In this document: in pieces, positions 55,714 through 64,000 of the stretch
Numbering within the stretch: the first letter of the stretch is position 1
Layout of the letters: every line of letters starts with the position of its first letter
From: Candidatus Aenigmatarchaeota archaeon
GTDB lineage: Archaea; Aenigmatarchaeota; Aenigmatarchaeia; QMZP01; QMZT01
Length of the DNA stretch: 64,000 nucleotides
Reading direction: 5' to 3'
Assembly (NCBI GenBank): GCA_026397315.1
Contig: JAPLVC010000001.1
Location: 32,001 to 96,000, forward strand
Program-made: the position numbers and the translations under genes
Notes under the pieces: model-generated
Databases searched by the model: none
What the model was told of the DNA's origin: nothing
Seen by the model: only the letters and a program-made list of their open reading frames with translations

Positions 55714-56517
55714 TTAAAAAAGGTCTTTGAGCTCGCCGAGGAACGTGCCGTCGAGCATGTAGACTTTAGCCGTTCTTAATCTGGCCGAGCGCACGAGAAC
55801 GCCTATGCCGCTCTGCTCGTTCTTGTGCTCCCTTTCTATTTCCGGCATCGAGTAGTTCATGGATATTCCTCCTGAGAGTCGGTTGAACTTCGGCACCATT
55901 ATAAGCTCCGGCAGCTTTGACGGGAGATTTTTGTATTTTTTCGCTAGCTTCACCCTGTCCAGCTCCGCGCGTATCCACACCTGCTCGTAAAACCTGTGGC
56001 CGAGCTTGTCGCGGAACTCGATTTGCGGATGCTCGTGGCCCACGAAAACATAATCAGCCTTCAGGAATTTTTCATCGGGCCATGCGTGGCCATGCAGGAA
56101 AAAGAAGCCGTCCTTTGCGAAGCCTGCGCTGGGATGCAGACGCACGTTCTCTGGCAGGAAGTTCTTCAGGTCCGTATCATGGTTGCCTGTAGCTATGTCT
56201 ATCGAAGTTTTTCTGCCCAGCTCGGAGAGGAATTCCGGTATCTCGCGCAGCTCCTGTTTCGTCGAGCCGGGGACCTTGTGCTTCACGTCGCCTAGCATTA
56301 TAAGGTTCCTGGCGCCCGTCAGGCCTATGAGCTCCTTAATGGCCTTCAGCAGGCCCGGCGTGTTGGAAGGTATGCGTATGCCGGATTTGTAATAACCATA
56401 TTCGACGCCTATGTGAAGGTCCGCGATGACCAGCGTGTCGTTCACCAGCACTGCAGGCTGGCCTGTCACGAACTTTATCTCCTGCTTCTGCACGACCGGT
56501 GCTTTCCTCATGGCCAT
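55714..56517 (-). CDS. Metallophosphoesterase (archaeal ICC/PdeM-like)
   Basis: ADLHIG, GDVKH, GNHD, HGH, GHEHP. Confidence 0.85.
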   Translation of the reverse strand: MAMRKAPVVQKQEIKFVTGQPAVLVNDTLVIADLHIGVEYGYYKSGIRIPSNTPGLLKAIKELIGLTGARNLIMLGDVKHKVPGSTKQELREIPEFLSELGRKTSIDIATGNHDTDLKNFLPENVRLHPSAGFAKDGFFFLHGHAWPDEKFLKADYVFVGHEHPQIEFRDKLGHRFYEQVWIRAELDRVKLAKKYKNLPSKLPELIMVPKFNRLSGGISMNYSMPEIEREHKNEQSGIGVLVRSARLRTAKVYMLDGTFLGELKDLF

Positions 56518-56565
56518 GTGATTTATTTGCGGTTTGTTTTTAAAATCTGATTACAAGAATAAGGC

Positions 56566-57495
56566 ATGGACGAGCGACGGATGGAGAATGAAATCCGCGA
56601 AGAACAGAAGCGCCTCCGCGATGAGATAAAGGCGGACGAGAAAGAAGCGGACGACAGGCTTGACCAGATACTTTTCAAGAGGAAGATTGATTTCTGCCCG
56701 CGCTGCGGCAGCAAGATAACGTCGCGCGCGGACTGGGCAGGCAGGTGCATGCACGAAGGCTGCGTCGAGATGCTCTGCTCCTCATGCTGGTCTTCCGAAG
56801 ATAAACGCTACTGCAAGAAGCACGAGAAAGACGTCGTGACGAGAGAGGAAGCTACTGCCGACGATGCAAAGAATCTCACGCTCAATTACATGGACTTCGT
56901 ACAGGAGCGGCTGAAGAAGTTTCACCTCGATTGGAACCACGAGGGCTACATAAAGAAGGCGAAGGCCTTCCGCAAAAACAAGAGATACGGCGAGTTCGAG
57001 ATGCTCGTGTGCGAGAGGAAGTTCTTCTCCAAGAAGCCAAAGGTCAGGATTCTCGTGAGGCCGCTTGCAGAAGCCTACCAGAACGAGATTAACATGGTCA
57101 TAGAAAATTCCGAGGACAGCGAAATTTACACTGTCTTTGTTTTCCTGGGCGGCGAGCCGCGGCTTGGCATGAAGGCCGTAAGACTGGCGAACGATTTCTC
57201 GAACAAGAAAGCCTCGCTTTTCGTCATGGACATGGAGAGCGGCAGGCTTAATTTCAACGCATCTGAAAAATTGTCCGAGCGTTACTCGTTCTGGCTCGAT
57301 CCGTCGAAAGTGCCTGTGACGTTCGCCGGAATGCTGGCGAGCGTCGCCGAAAGCGTGTCCGGCAGGAAGATCGTCCATGCACTGGACTTCGGCAAGATGC
57401 TCGGCAAGCCGGAAGACGAAGCTGCCAATATGCTGCGAAAGAGCGGCCTGCTCGAGGAAGCGAAGGGCACGAATTCTTTCATCATGAAGGAGTAG
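56566..57495 (+). CDS. Hypothetical protein with Cys/His zinc-binding domain
   Basis: CPRC...C...C...C..C...C..H cluster after a charged helix. Confidence 0.6.
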   Translation: MDERRMENEIREEQKRLRDEIKADEKEADDRLDQILFKRKIDFCPRCGSKITSRADWAGRCMHEGCVEMLCSSCWSSEDKRYCKKHEKDVVTREEATADDAKNLTLNYMDFVQERLKKFHLDWNHEGYIKKAKAFRKNKRYGEFEMLVCERKFFSKKPKVRILVRPLAEAYQNEINMVIENSEDSEIYTVFVFLGGEPRLGMKAVRLANDFSNKKASLFVMDMESGRLNFNASEKLSERYSFWLDPSKVPVTFAGMLASVAESVSGRKIVHALDFGKMLGKPEDEAANMLRKSGLLEEAKGTNSFIMKE

Positions 57496-57557
57496 AGTCG
57501 CTGGCCCAGCGAAGGAAACTTATAAATTGCAGCGCTCTTTTATAGATATAAGTCAGG

Positions 57558-57673
57558 GGTCCCGTGGCTCAGCCTGGTTAGAGCGCCCGACTGATAAACT
57601 GCCAGCGTCATTCGAAATATCCGCTGGTGATTTCGATATCGGGAGGCCCTGGGTTCAAATCCCAGCGGGACCA
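57558..57673 (+). tRNA. tRNA-Ile(GAT) with 41-nt intron at 37/38 (intron 57597-57637)
   Basis: GGTCCCG/CGGGACC acceptor, CCCGA-CT-GAT-A/A-TCGGG; relaxed BHB helix. Confidence 0.9.
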
Positions 57674-57756
57674 TTAAAGCTTTTTGGGAAAAAGCTTTAG
57701 CAAAAAACGAGAAAAGAAAAACTGAAAACGGATGCTTTCGGAAAATATGTGGAGGT

Positions 57757-58455
57757 ATGATTATGCAGCATGGAGATTTCGTTGAAGTGGATTACGTGGG
57801 AAGGGTAAAGATCACGGGGGATATTTTCGACCTGACAAACGAAGAGGTCGCGAAAAAGGAGAAGATACACGACCCCAAGGCGCCGTACGGGCCCGCGCTG
57901 ATAATCGTCGGCTCGCAGATGACCGTGCACGGCGTCATGAAGGAGCTGGAGCAGATGAACATCGGCGAGGAGCGCACGTTCGACGTGCTGCCGCAGGAGG
58001 CGTTCGGCCAGAGGGACGTGAGACTCATCAAGATACTGCCCACCTCGAAGTTCATAGAGAACAAAATCAATCCCGTGCCTGGAGAGTATTTCGACATCGA
58101 CGGCACGCAGGCGAAGATACAGAGCGTTTCCGGCGGGCGCGTGCGCGTCGACTTCAACAACCCGCTTGCAGGCAAGGCTCTCACATACGACCTGAAGGTC
58201 GTCAGGAAAATCGAAGACGATAAGGAAAAAATCGAAAAGCTGCTGAAGTACTACAGGGTCGACTACACGCACGTCGTCATCAAGGGCAAGGAAGCGGAGA
58301 TAAAAACCAAGAAGCCCGTCAACCAGATGCTCAGGAAGTTCATCGGCGACATCGTCACGAAATGGATAAAGGCCGTCGAGAAAGTTGAATACGTTTCCGA
58401 AGAGGACAAGAAAACGGAAGAAAAAAGCGAAAGCCAGGACGCGAAGAAGGAATGA
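57757..58455 (+). CDS. Long-type archaeal FKBP peptidyl-prolyl isomerase (SlyD-like)
   Basis: 'GDFVEVDYVG', 'EAFGQRD', 'VDFNNPLAGK'. Confidence 0.92.
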   Translation: MIMQHGDFVEVDYVGRVKITGDIFDLTNEEVAKKEKIHDPKAPYGPALIIVGSQMTVHGVMKELEQMNIGEERTFDVLPQEAFGQRDVRLIKILPTSKFIENKINPVPGEYFDIDGTQAKIQSVSGGRVRVDFNNPLAGKALTYDLKVVRKIEDDKEKIEKLLKYYRVDYTHVVIKGKEAEIKTKKPVNQMLRKFIGDIVTKWIKAVEKVEYVSEEDKKTEEKSESQDAKKE

Positions 58456-58596
58456 CGTTTTTGCGCAATAAAATTCCGCAACTCTTGCCGCTTTTTCAAA
58501 GGCTGGAGTAAATAAAATTTAAATAGTTTATTCCCATTATTTTCTTATGAATATTGTTGAACTGATAATTATTCGAGTTTAATGGAGGGGTTTTGT

Positions 58597-59706
58597 ATGG
58601 GCGTAAGAAGTGTTGATGCTAAGGACGTAATAAAGGAAAGGGAGAGGAAACCGCATCCAGAGGTCGACGAGGAACTCAGGAAGATTCTCGAGTCCAAGAG
58701 GGCCGAGATCAAGGTCATCGGCGTCGGCGGCGCGGGAGGCAACACGATTTCCCGCATGGTGCAGGTAGGCATCATCGGCGCGGAGATGCTGGCCATGAAC
58801 ACTGACGCCCAGGACCTGCTTTACACTGATGCTGACACCAAGGTTCTCATCGGCAGGGAGCTTACCGGCGGCCTTGGATCGGGCGCTGACCCGAAGACGG
58901 GCGCGGAAGCCGCAAAAGAATCGAAGGAAGACATTAAGAAGGCGGTTGAAGGCGCAGACCTCGTATTCGTCACGTGCGGCCTTGGAGGCGGCACTGGAAC
59001 TGGAGCCGCACCCGTGATTGCGGACATCGCCAAGAAGAACGGCGCGCTTACGGTCGGCGTCGTAACGCTGCCTTTCACCATGGAAGGCAGGCAGAGAGCG
59101 AGGAACGCTCAGGAAGGCCTTGAAAACCTTCAGGCTGTTGCCGACACGATAATAATCATACCCAACGACAAGTTGCTGGAAATAGTCCCGGACGTCTCGA
59201 TAACGACCGCGTTCAAAGTCGCGGACGAGATTCTGGTAAACGCCGTGAAAGGCGTGACTGAGCTTGTCACGAAACCCGGTCTTGTAAACCTTGACTTCGC
59301 AGACGTGCGCGCTGTCATGGGCGCTGGCGGAGTAGCGATGATAGGCATGGGCGAGAGCGACACGGACAACCGAGCTATCGAATCGGTAGAGAAGTCGCTG
59401 AACAACCCGCTGCTGGATGTCGATATTGAAGGCGCGACGGGCGCCCTGATAAATGTCTGCGGCGGCGAGGACATCACGATAAAGGAATGCCAGGAGATTG
59501 TCGAGGCCGTCACGACTAAGCTTAACCCGGACGCCAAGATAATCTGGGGAGCGCAGATAGTCAAGGAGCTTGGCGACACCATCAGGTCGATGCTGATAAT
59601 CACGGGAGTGAAGACTCCGCATCTTTACGGCCCTTCGGAGAAGAAGATAACCAACGCCAAGCAGAAGGAAATAGAAAGGGTCCTGGGCATAGACTTCGTC
59701 GAGTAA
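58597..59706 (+). CDS. ftsZ: Cell division protein FtsZ (FtsZ1-type)
   Basis: 'GVGGAGGN', 'GLGGGTGTG', 'NLDFAD'; upstream of secE-spt5-rpl11. Confidence 0.97.
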   Translation: MGVRSVDAKDVIKERERKPHPEVDEELRKILESKRAEIKVIGVGGAGGNTISRMVQVGIIGAEMLAMNTDAQDLLYTDADTKVLIGRELTGGLGSGADPKTGAEAAKESKEDIKKAVEGADLVFVTCGLGGGTGTGAAPVIADIAKKNGALTVGVVTLPFTMEGRQRARNAQEGLENLQAVADTIIIIPNDKLLEIVPDVSITTAFKVADEILVNAVKGVTELVTKPGLVNLDFADVRAVMGAGGVAMIGMGESDTDNRAIESVEKSLNNPLLDVDIEGATGALINVCGGEDITIKECQEIVEAVTTKLNPDAKIIWGAQIVKELGDTIRSMLIITGVKTPHLYGPSEKKITNAKQKEIERVLGIDFVE

Positions 59707-59803
59707 AGCAGGTCTTTAGCCCTTGGTTTTTTTCCCTTTTCCAAACCTTTTTAAAGCAGTTATTTAAACAGATATCCTATATAATACAGAATAAGGTATC
59801 TAC

Positions 59804-59989
59804 ATGAAGTTCAAGGAAACCATTGAAAACTGGAAGAGAGTGCTGCAGGTGGCGAGGAAGCCGGACAAATTTGAATTTACCTCGACCAGCAAGATATGCG
59901 CCATAGGCCTTGTGCTCATAGGCGTGATAGGATTCGTGATATTCATGGGTTCTGTGCTGGCATGTTCGTTCGGAGGTTTTTGCTTATGA
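59804..59989 (+). CDS. secE: Protein translocase SecE/Sec61-gamma
   Basis: 'RVLQVARKPD..EF...G..LIG.IGF'. Confidence 0.92.
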   Translation: MKFKETIENWKRVLQVARKPDKFEFTSTSKICAIGLVLIGVIGFVIFMGSVLACSFGGFCL

Positions 59990-60528
59990 CCATATATACG
60001 GTAAGGACAACCGCGGGAAGAGAACTCATAGTAATAGACATGATAAACAACAGGGTGCGCGCGGACAACCTCAGGGTCAAGAGCATTTCTCATCCCGGCG
60101 AACTCAAGGGCTACGTTTTCATCGAGGGTCCGGAGGGCGACGTAAGGAAATCCGTCCAGGGAGTCATGCACATAAAGGGCTTCATAGAGAAGCCTGTCAC
60201 GCTGCCTGAAATCCAGCAGTTCTTCGAAACCAAGAATGTCAAGATAACCGTTAGCGAAGGCGATATTGTCGAGATTGTTGGCGGCCCGTTCAAGGGCGAG
60301 AAAGGCAGGGTCCAGAGAATCGACAAGGTAAAAGACGAAGTGACGGTCGAGCTTCTGGAGGCGAGCATTCCCATACCGGTCACGATTTCGGTAGAGCTGC
60401 TTAAGCTCATCAAGAGGGACAAGCCCGCACCCGAGGAGCAGGCCAAGCCAACGCAGCGCGAGCAAGAGGAGAAAAAGGAGCGCGCTTACAACCCGTTCGA
60501 GGACGAACCGAGCGAGCCGAAGGATTAA
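59986..60528 (+). CDS. spt5: Transcription elongation factor Spt5/NusG
   Basis: 'VRTTAGRE', 'KGYVFIE', KOW 'GDIVEIVGGPFKGE'; start reassigned to ATG 59986. Confidence 0.95.
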   Translation: MTIYTVRTTAGRELIVIDMINNRVRADNLRVKSISHPGELKGYVFIEGPEGDVRKSVQGVMHIKGFIEKPVTLPEIQQFFETKNVKITVSEGDIVEIVGGPFKGEKGRVQRIDKVKDEVTVELLEASIPIPVTISVELLKLIKRDKPAPEEQAKPTQREQEEKKERAYNPFEDEPSEPKD

Positions 60529-60554
60529 TATTTAAATTTATGTGAACAATAAGG

Positions 60555-61169
60555 ATGATTATGCCGACGGAAAAGATAAGCGTCATGGTTGAAGGTGGAA
60601 AGGCGACGGCAGCGCCGCCGCTAGGACCAGCCCTTGGACCGCTCGGAGTCCCGATAAAGAAAATCATAGACGAGATAAACAACAAGACCAAGGGCCTTGC
60701 GGGCATGCAGGTCCCCGTTACTGTCATAATTGACAAAGCCACCAAGAATTTCGAGATAAAGGTCGGCACGCCGCCGGTCAGCGCGCTCATAAAGAAAGAG
60801 CTCGGCCTCGAAAAAGGATGCAGCGAATCCGGCAAGGTAAGGGCTGGCGACCTTACGGATGAGCAGGTCAGGAAAATCGCGCTCGCGAAATTCGGCTCCG
60901 ACGCTCCGCGTTATTACAACATGATCATCGGTTCTGCAAGAAGCATGGGCGTAACAGTGGGCAAAGGCCCGCTTTCCGAAGCTGAAGCGAAGGAATTAAA
61001 GAACGCCATGAAAAGAGCCGCAGAAGCGAAGCTTGGCGCAGCGGCGCCGGCAGCGGCAGCACCAGGCGCAGAAGGCGCTCCAGCTGCGGCGGCGCCAGTA
61101 GCGGCCGAACCCAAGAAAGAGGAAAAGAAAAAGGAAGAGAAGAAGAGAAAGGTCATGAGAGGCAAGTAA
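60555..61169 (+). CDS. rpl11: 50S ribosomal protein uL11 with Ala-rich/charged C-terminal extension
   Basis: 'GGKATAAPPLGPALGPLG', 'GSARSMGV'. Confidence 0.95.
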   Translation: MIMPTEKISVMVEGGKATAAPPLGPALGPLGVPIKKIIDEINNKTKGLAGMQVPVTVIIDKATKNFEIKVGTPPVSALIKKELGLEKGCSESGKVRAGDLTDEQVRKIALAKFGSDAPRYYNMIIGSARSMGVTVGKGPLSEAEAKELKNAMKRAAEAKLGAAAPAAAAPGAEGAPAAAAPVAAEPKKEEKKKEEKKRKVMRGK

Positions 61170-61246
61170 GCTTCCCTTCCGCTTTTTACTTTATTTTCAA
61201 AATTTTCTTTTCCAGCTTGTTTTTCAGGTTACATTACTTTTCAGAA

Positions 61247-61765
61247 CTAGTAGTCGGTCATCTCTATCTTTTCAGCGAGGCCTTTCTTTACGAGGAGATC
61301 AGCATTAGGAGCAGGGATTGTCGCTATGTCGCCTTTACTGAAGGGACCGTATGCCTTCATGTTCATGCCCACGAACTTCGGCACGCCGTCCAGAAGCGTG
61401 ACCAGCACGAGGTTCTCGTCCTTCTTCTCCATCCTGCCCTCGCGCATCTTCTGGAACTCGTTGATGCACTCGACGACGCGCTCGAAGAACTTTCGCTCTT
61501 CATCGCTCATGTGCTCCGGCACGACGCCGGACTCGATGAAGCCGTGCGCGGAGTTGAGCATTTTCCTCTCGCGCCTCTCGAATATCGTCTTAAGCCTGCG
61601 CTTGACCGCGTCAAACGCCCATTTTTCGCTCTCGTCCCTCGCCATTTTCTCCTTCTTTTCCACGTAGGCGCGGACCTCGTCGAAAAAGCCGTCCGGCAGC
61701 TTTGACAATCCCGCTGTATTCCGCTCTTCTTCAGCGATTTTCCTGATAGTCTCGTCGGTGAGCAT
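61247..61765 (-). CDS. GINS subunit (Gins51-like)
   Basis: 'EER...LSKLPDGFF', 'RRERK', 'FVGMNMKAYGPF..GD...P..NA.LL..KG'. Confidence 0.85.
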   Translation of the reverse strand: MLTDETIRKIAEEERNTAGLSKLPDGFFDEVRAYVEKKEKMARDESEKWAFDAVKRRLKTIFERRERKMLNSAHGFIESGVVPEHMSDEERKFFERVVECINEFQKMREGRMEKKDENLVLVTLLDGVPKFVGMNMKAYGPFSKGDIATIPAPNADLLVKKGLAEKIEMTDY

Positions 61766-61836
61766 GATTAATGGTTAAAAGAAGGAAATATAAATTGTTT
61801 TATTTATAGCAATATCATACATAGTAAGTGATTCCT

Positions 61837-63558
61837 ATGCCCATACGACAGCCGATAATATCAGTGCTGGGTCACGTTGACTCGGGGAAGACGACTTTGC
61901 TGGACCGCATCAGGGGTAGCACCGTCGCTAGCGGTGAGGCTGGCGGCATAACCCAGCACATAGGAGCCAGCGAGGTGCCGATAAACAAGATAATGGGCGT
62001 GTGCGGCAGCCTCGCCAAGAAGATGAACGTTGATGTAAAGATACCGGGACTTTTATTCATAGACACGCCCGGCCACGAGGCGTTCATTACGTTACGCCGC
62101 CGCGGCGGCTCAATCGCTGATCTCGCAATCCTGATTATCGACGTGAACGAGGGCCTGCAGAAACAGACGGAAGAAAGCCTCACGTTCCTGAAGGAGTTCA
62201 AGACCCCGTTCGTCGTGGCCGCGACGAAAATCGACCGCATACTCGGTTGGCGTTCCGAGGAGAATGCATGTTTTCTAAAGGGATACTCAACGCAGGACGC
62301 GCGCGCGCAGGACGAACTCGAGGAGAAGATATACAGGATAGTCGGCCAGCTTGCCGAGCGGAACATAAAATCAGAGCGCTTCGACCGCGTCGAGGATTTC
62401 TCCAAGCAGGTATGCATCGTTCCCGTCTCGTCATTAACGGGCGAGGGGATTCCCGATCTTCTCATGCTGCTCACGGGGCTTGCGCAGAAATACCTTGAAA
62501 AGCGGCTCAAGGTAACGGAAGGCATAGGCAAGGGGACGATACTCGAGGTAAAGGAATACCGCGGCCTGGGGGCGACCATAGACGTCATCCTTTACGACGG
62601 CTGCGTCAGCCGCGGCGACATTCTCATCATCGGCGGACGAGACGTGATAGTCACGAAAGTCAAAGCTCTCCTCAAGCCGGAGCCGCTCAAGGAGATGCGC
62701 GTGGAGCGCGTGTTCCAGACCATTGAAAGCGCGACGGCCGCATGCGGCGTGAAAATATCATCCCCGGATTTGAGTGGCGTCATCGCCGGTTCCCCGGTGC
62801 GCTTCGTGAAAAGCGAGAAAGACGTCGAAGCCGCGACGGCTGACATAGCGAAGGAGATAGAGGAAGTCGAGATAGAGACTGAAAACGACGGCGTCATAAT
62901 CAAAGCCGATACGCTGGGAAGCCTCGAAGGCCTGATAAAGGTGCTTAAAGACAACGGCATACCGATAAGGAAGGCAAAGGTCGGTAATGTGCTCAAGGGG
63001 GACGTGATGGAAAGCTCCAGCATGAAGAAGCCCGTAGTTTTCGCCTTCAACGTCGATGTCCTTCCCGATGCCGACGAGAGCGCGAAGAAGGCCGGCGTAG
63101 AGATTTTCAAGTCCAACATAATCTACCGGCTAATCGAGGGATACCAGAAATGGGAAGCGGACCTCAAGAAGAACGCGGAGGCGAAACTTCTCGACAGCGT
63201 GACGCATCCCGGGAGAATGATAATATTGCGCGGCTACGTTTTCCGCCAGTCTAAGCCGGCGATTTTTGGCGTCGAAATTCTTGCGGGCCAGGTGAAGACC
63301 GGATACAAGCTGAAGAAGAACGGCATCATGATCGGCGAGGTAAAGGAGCTGCAGGCGGAGGGTGACAACGTCCCGATGGCGAAGGCTGGGGACAAGGTTG
63401 CAGTGTCGATGGACGGCGTCACGATAGGGCGCCAGATAAACGAGGGCGACGAACTGGAGAACGCGCTCTCCGGCCGCGACCTGGAAATTCTGGCGAGGGT
63501 GAAGCACAAACTGCCAGAAGACGAGCGCAGAATGCTCGATGAAATGCAACAGATTTAA
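61837..63558 (+). CDS. infB: Translation initiation factor aIF5B (IF-2)
   Basis: 'GHVDSGKT', 'GGITQHIGA', 'DTPGHE', 'TKID', 'DTLGSLE'. Confidence 0.97.
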   Translation: MPIRQPIISVLGHVDSGKTTLLDRIRGSTVASGEAGGITQHIGASEVPINKIMGVCGSLAKKMNVDVKIPGLLFIDTPGHEAFITLRRRGGSIADLAILIIDVNEGLQKQTEESLTFLKEFKTPFVVAATKIDRILGWRSEENACFLKGYSTQDARAQDELEEKIYRIVGQLAERNIKSERFDRVEDFSKQVCIVPVSSLTGEGIPDLLMLLTGLAQKYLEKRLKVTEGIGKGTILEVKEYRGLGATIDVILYDGCVSRGDILIIGGRDVIVTKVKALLKPEPLKEMRVERVFQTIESATAACGVKISSPDLSGVIAGSPVRFVKSEKDVEAATADIAKEIEEVEIETENDGVIIKADTLGSLEGLIKVLKDNGIPIRKAKVGNVLKGDVMESSSMKKPVVFAFNVDVLPDADESAKKAGVEIFKSNIIYRLIEGYQKWEADLKKNAEAKLLDSVTHPGRMIILRGYVFRQSKPAIFGVEILAGQVKTGYKLKKNGIMIGEVKELQAEGDNVPMAKAGDKVAVSMDGVTIGRQINEGDELENALSGRDLEILARVKHKLPEDERRMLDEMQQI

Positions 63559-63591
63559 ATCCCCCCGCGCTATTTGTAGTTATTGATATTC

Positions 63592-64000
63592 ATGCAGCCG
63601 GAAAATTCATACGACACTCTTTTGAAGCAGGCATTTGACAAACTGCCGAAGAAGTCGGAGGGGACCGACCGCTTCCAGATGCCGAGGGCGAATGTCCAGC
63701 CGGCAGGCGCGCGCACGATAATCATAAACTTCATAGACATAGCGAACACCTTCCGCCGCGAGCCGGACCACATGCAGAAATTCATTCTCAAGGAACTAGC
63801 GACTTCAGGCGAGATGCAGAGCGGCAGGCTGGTCGTGCAGGGCAGGTTCAGACCCGATGTTGTAGACAAGAAGATCGAGCTTTACGCGAAGGAATACGTC
63901 CTCTGCCCGGACTGCAACAAGCCCGACACGAAATTCATCAAAGACGACCGCTTCCTTTTTCTCAAGTGCGAGGCCTGCGGCTCGAAACATCCCATAAAAA
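63592..64000 (+). CDS. Translation initiation factor aIF2 beta subunit (runs off the window end; not in ORF track)
   Basis: MQPENSYDTLLKQAFDKLP...DRFQMP...TIIINF...KELAT...EYVLCPDCNKPDT...LKCEACG. Confidence 0.93.
   Translation, partial: MQPENSYDTLLKQAFDKLPKKSEGTDRFQMPRANVQPAGARTIIINFIDIANTFRREPDHMQKFILKELATSGEMQSGRLVVQGRFRPDVVDKKIELYAKEYVLCPDCNKPDTKFIKDDRFLFLKCEACGSKHPIK

Overview
Archaeal chromosome segment, most consistent with a DPANN lineage (inferred from archaeal housekeeping genes, BHB-intron tRNAs, large Cys-rich surface proteins and Tad/pilin genes; the phylum cannot be fixed from sequence alone). The GC-richer backbone carries lysS (class II), serS, apt, PGI/PMI, rpo3, rnp4, two ftsZ paralogs, secE-spt5-rpl11, GINS, aIF5B, aIF2-beta, two large surface proteins and four tRNAs: His(GTG), Gln(TTG), Ile(GAT) and an unusual Leu(AAG), the last three with introns. 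A visibly AT-rich, ~19.3 kb integrative element (31685-51021) lies between apt and an ABC-2 operon. It is bounded by an 11-bp direct repeat (TTAAATAAAAT, overlapping the likely apt TATA box) and internal imperfect inverted repeats. It encodes a tyrosine integrase, an m4C restriction-modification pair, two HEPN-like proteins, an Mre11/Rad50-like pair plus a GHKL-HEXXH protein, a secreted transglutaminase/PNGase-like protein and an ATTGC repeat array. The most striking cargo is a 112-aa stand-alone FtsZ C-terminal (T7-loop, GTPase-activating) domain, a candidate element-encoded division inhibitor. All family assignments are by eye from motifs; no database searches were run.
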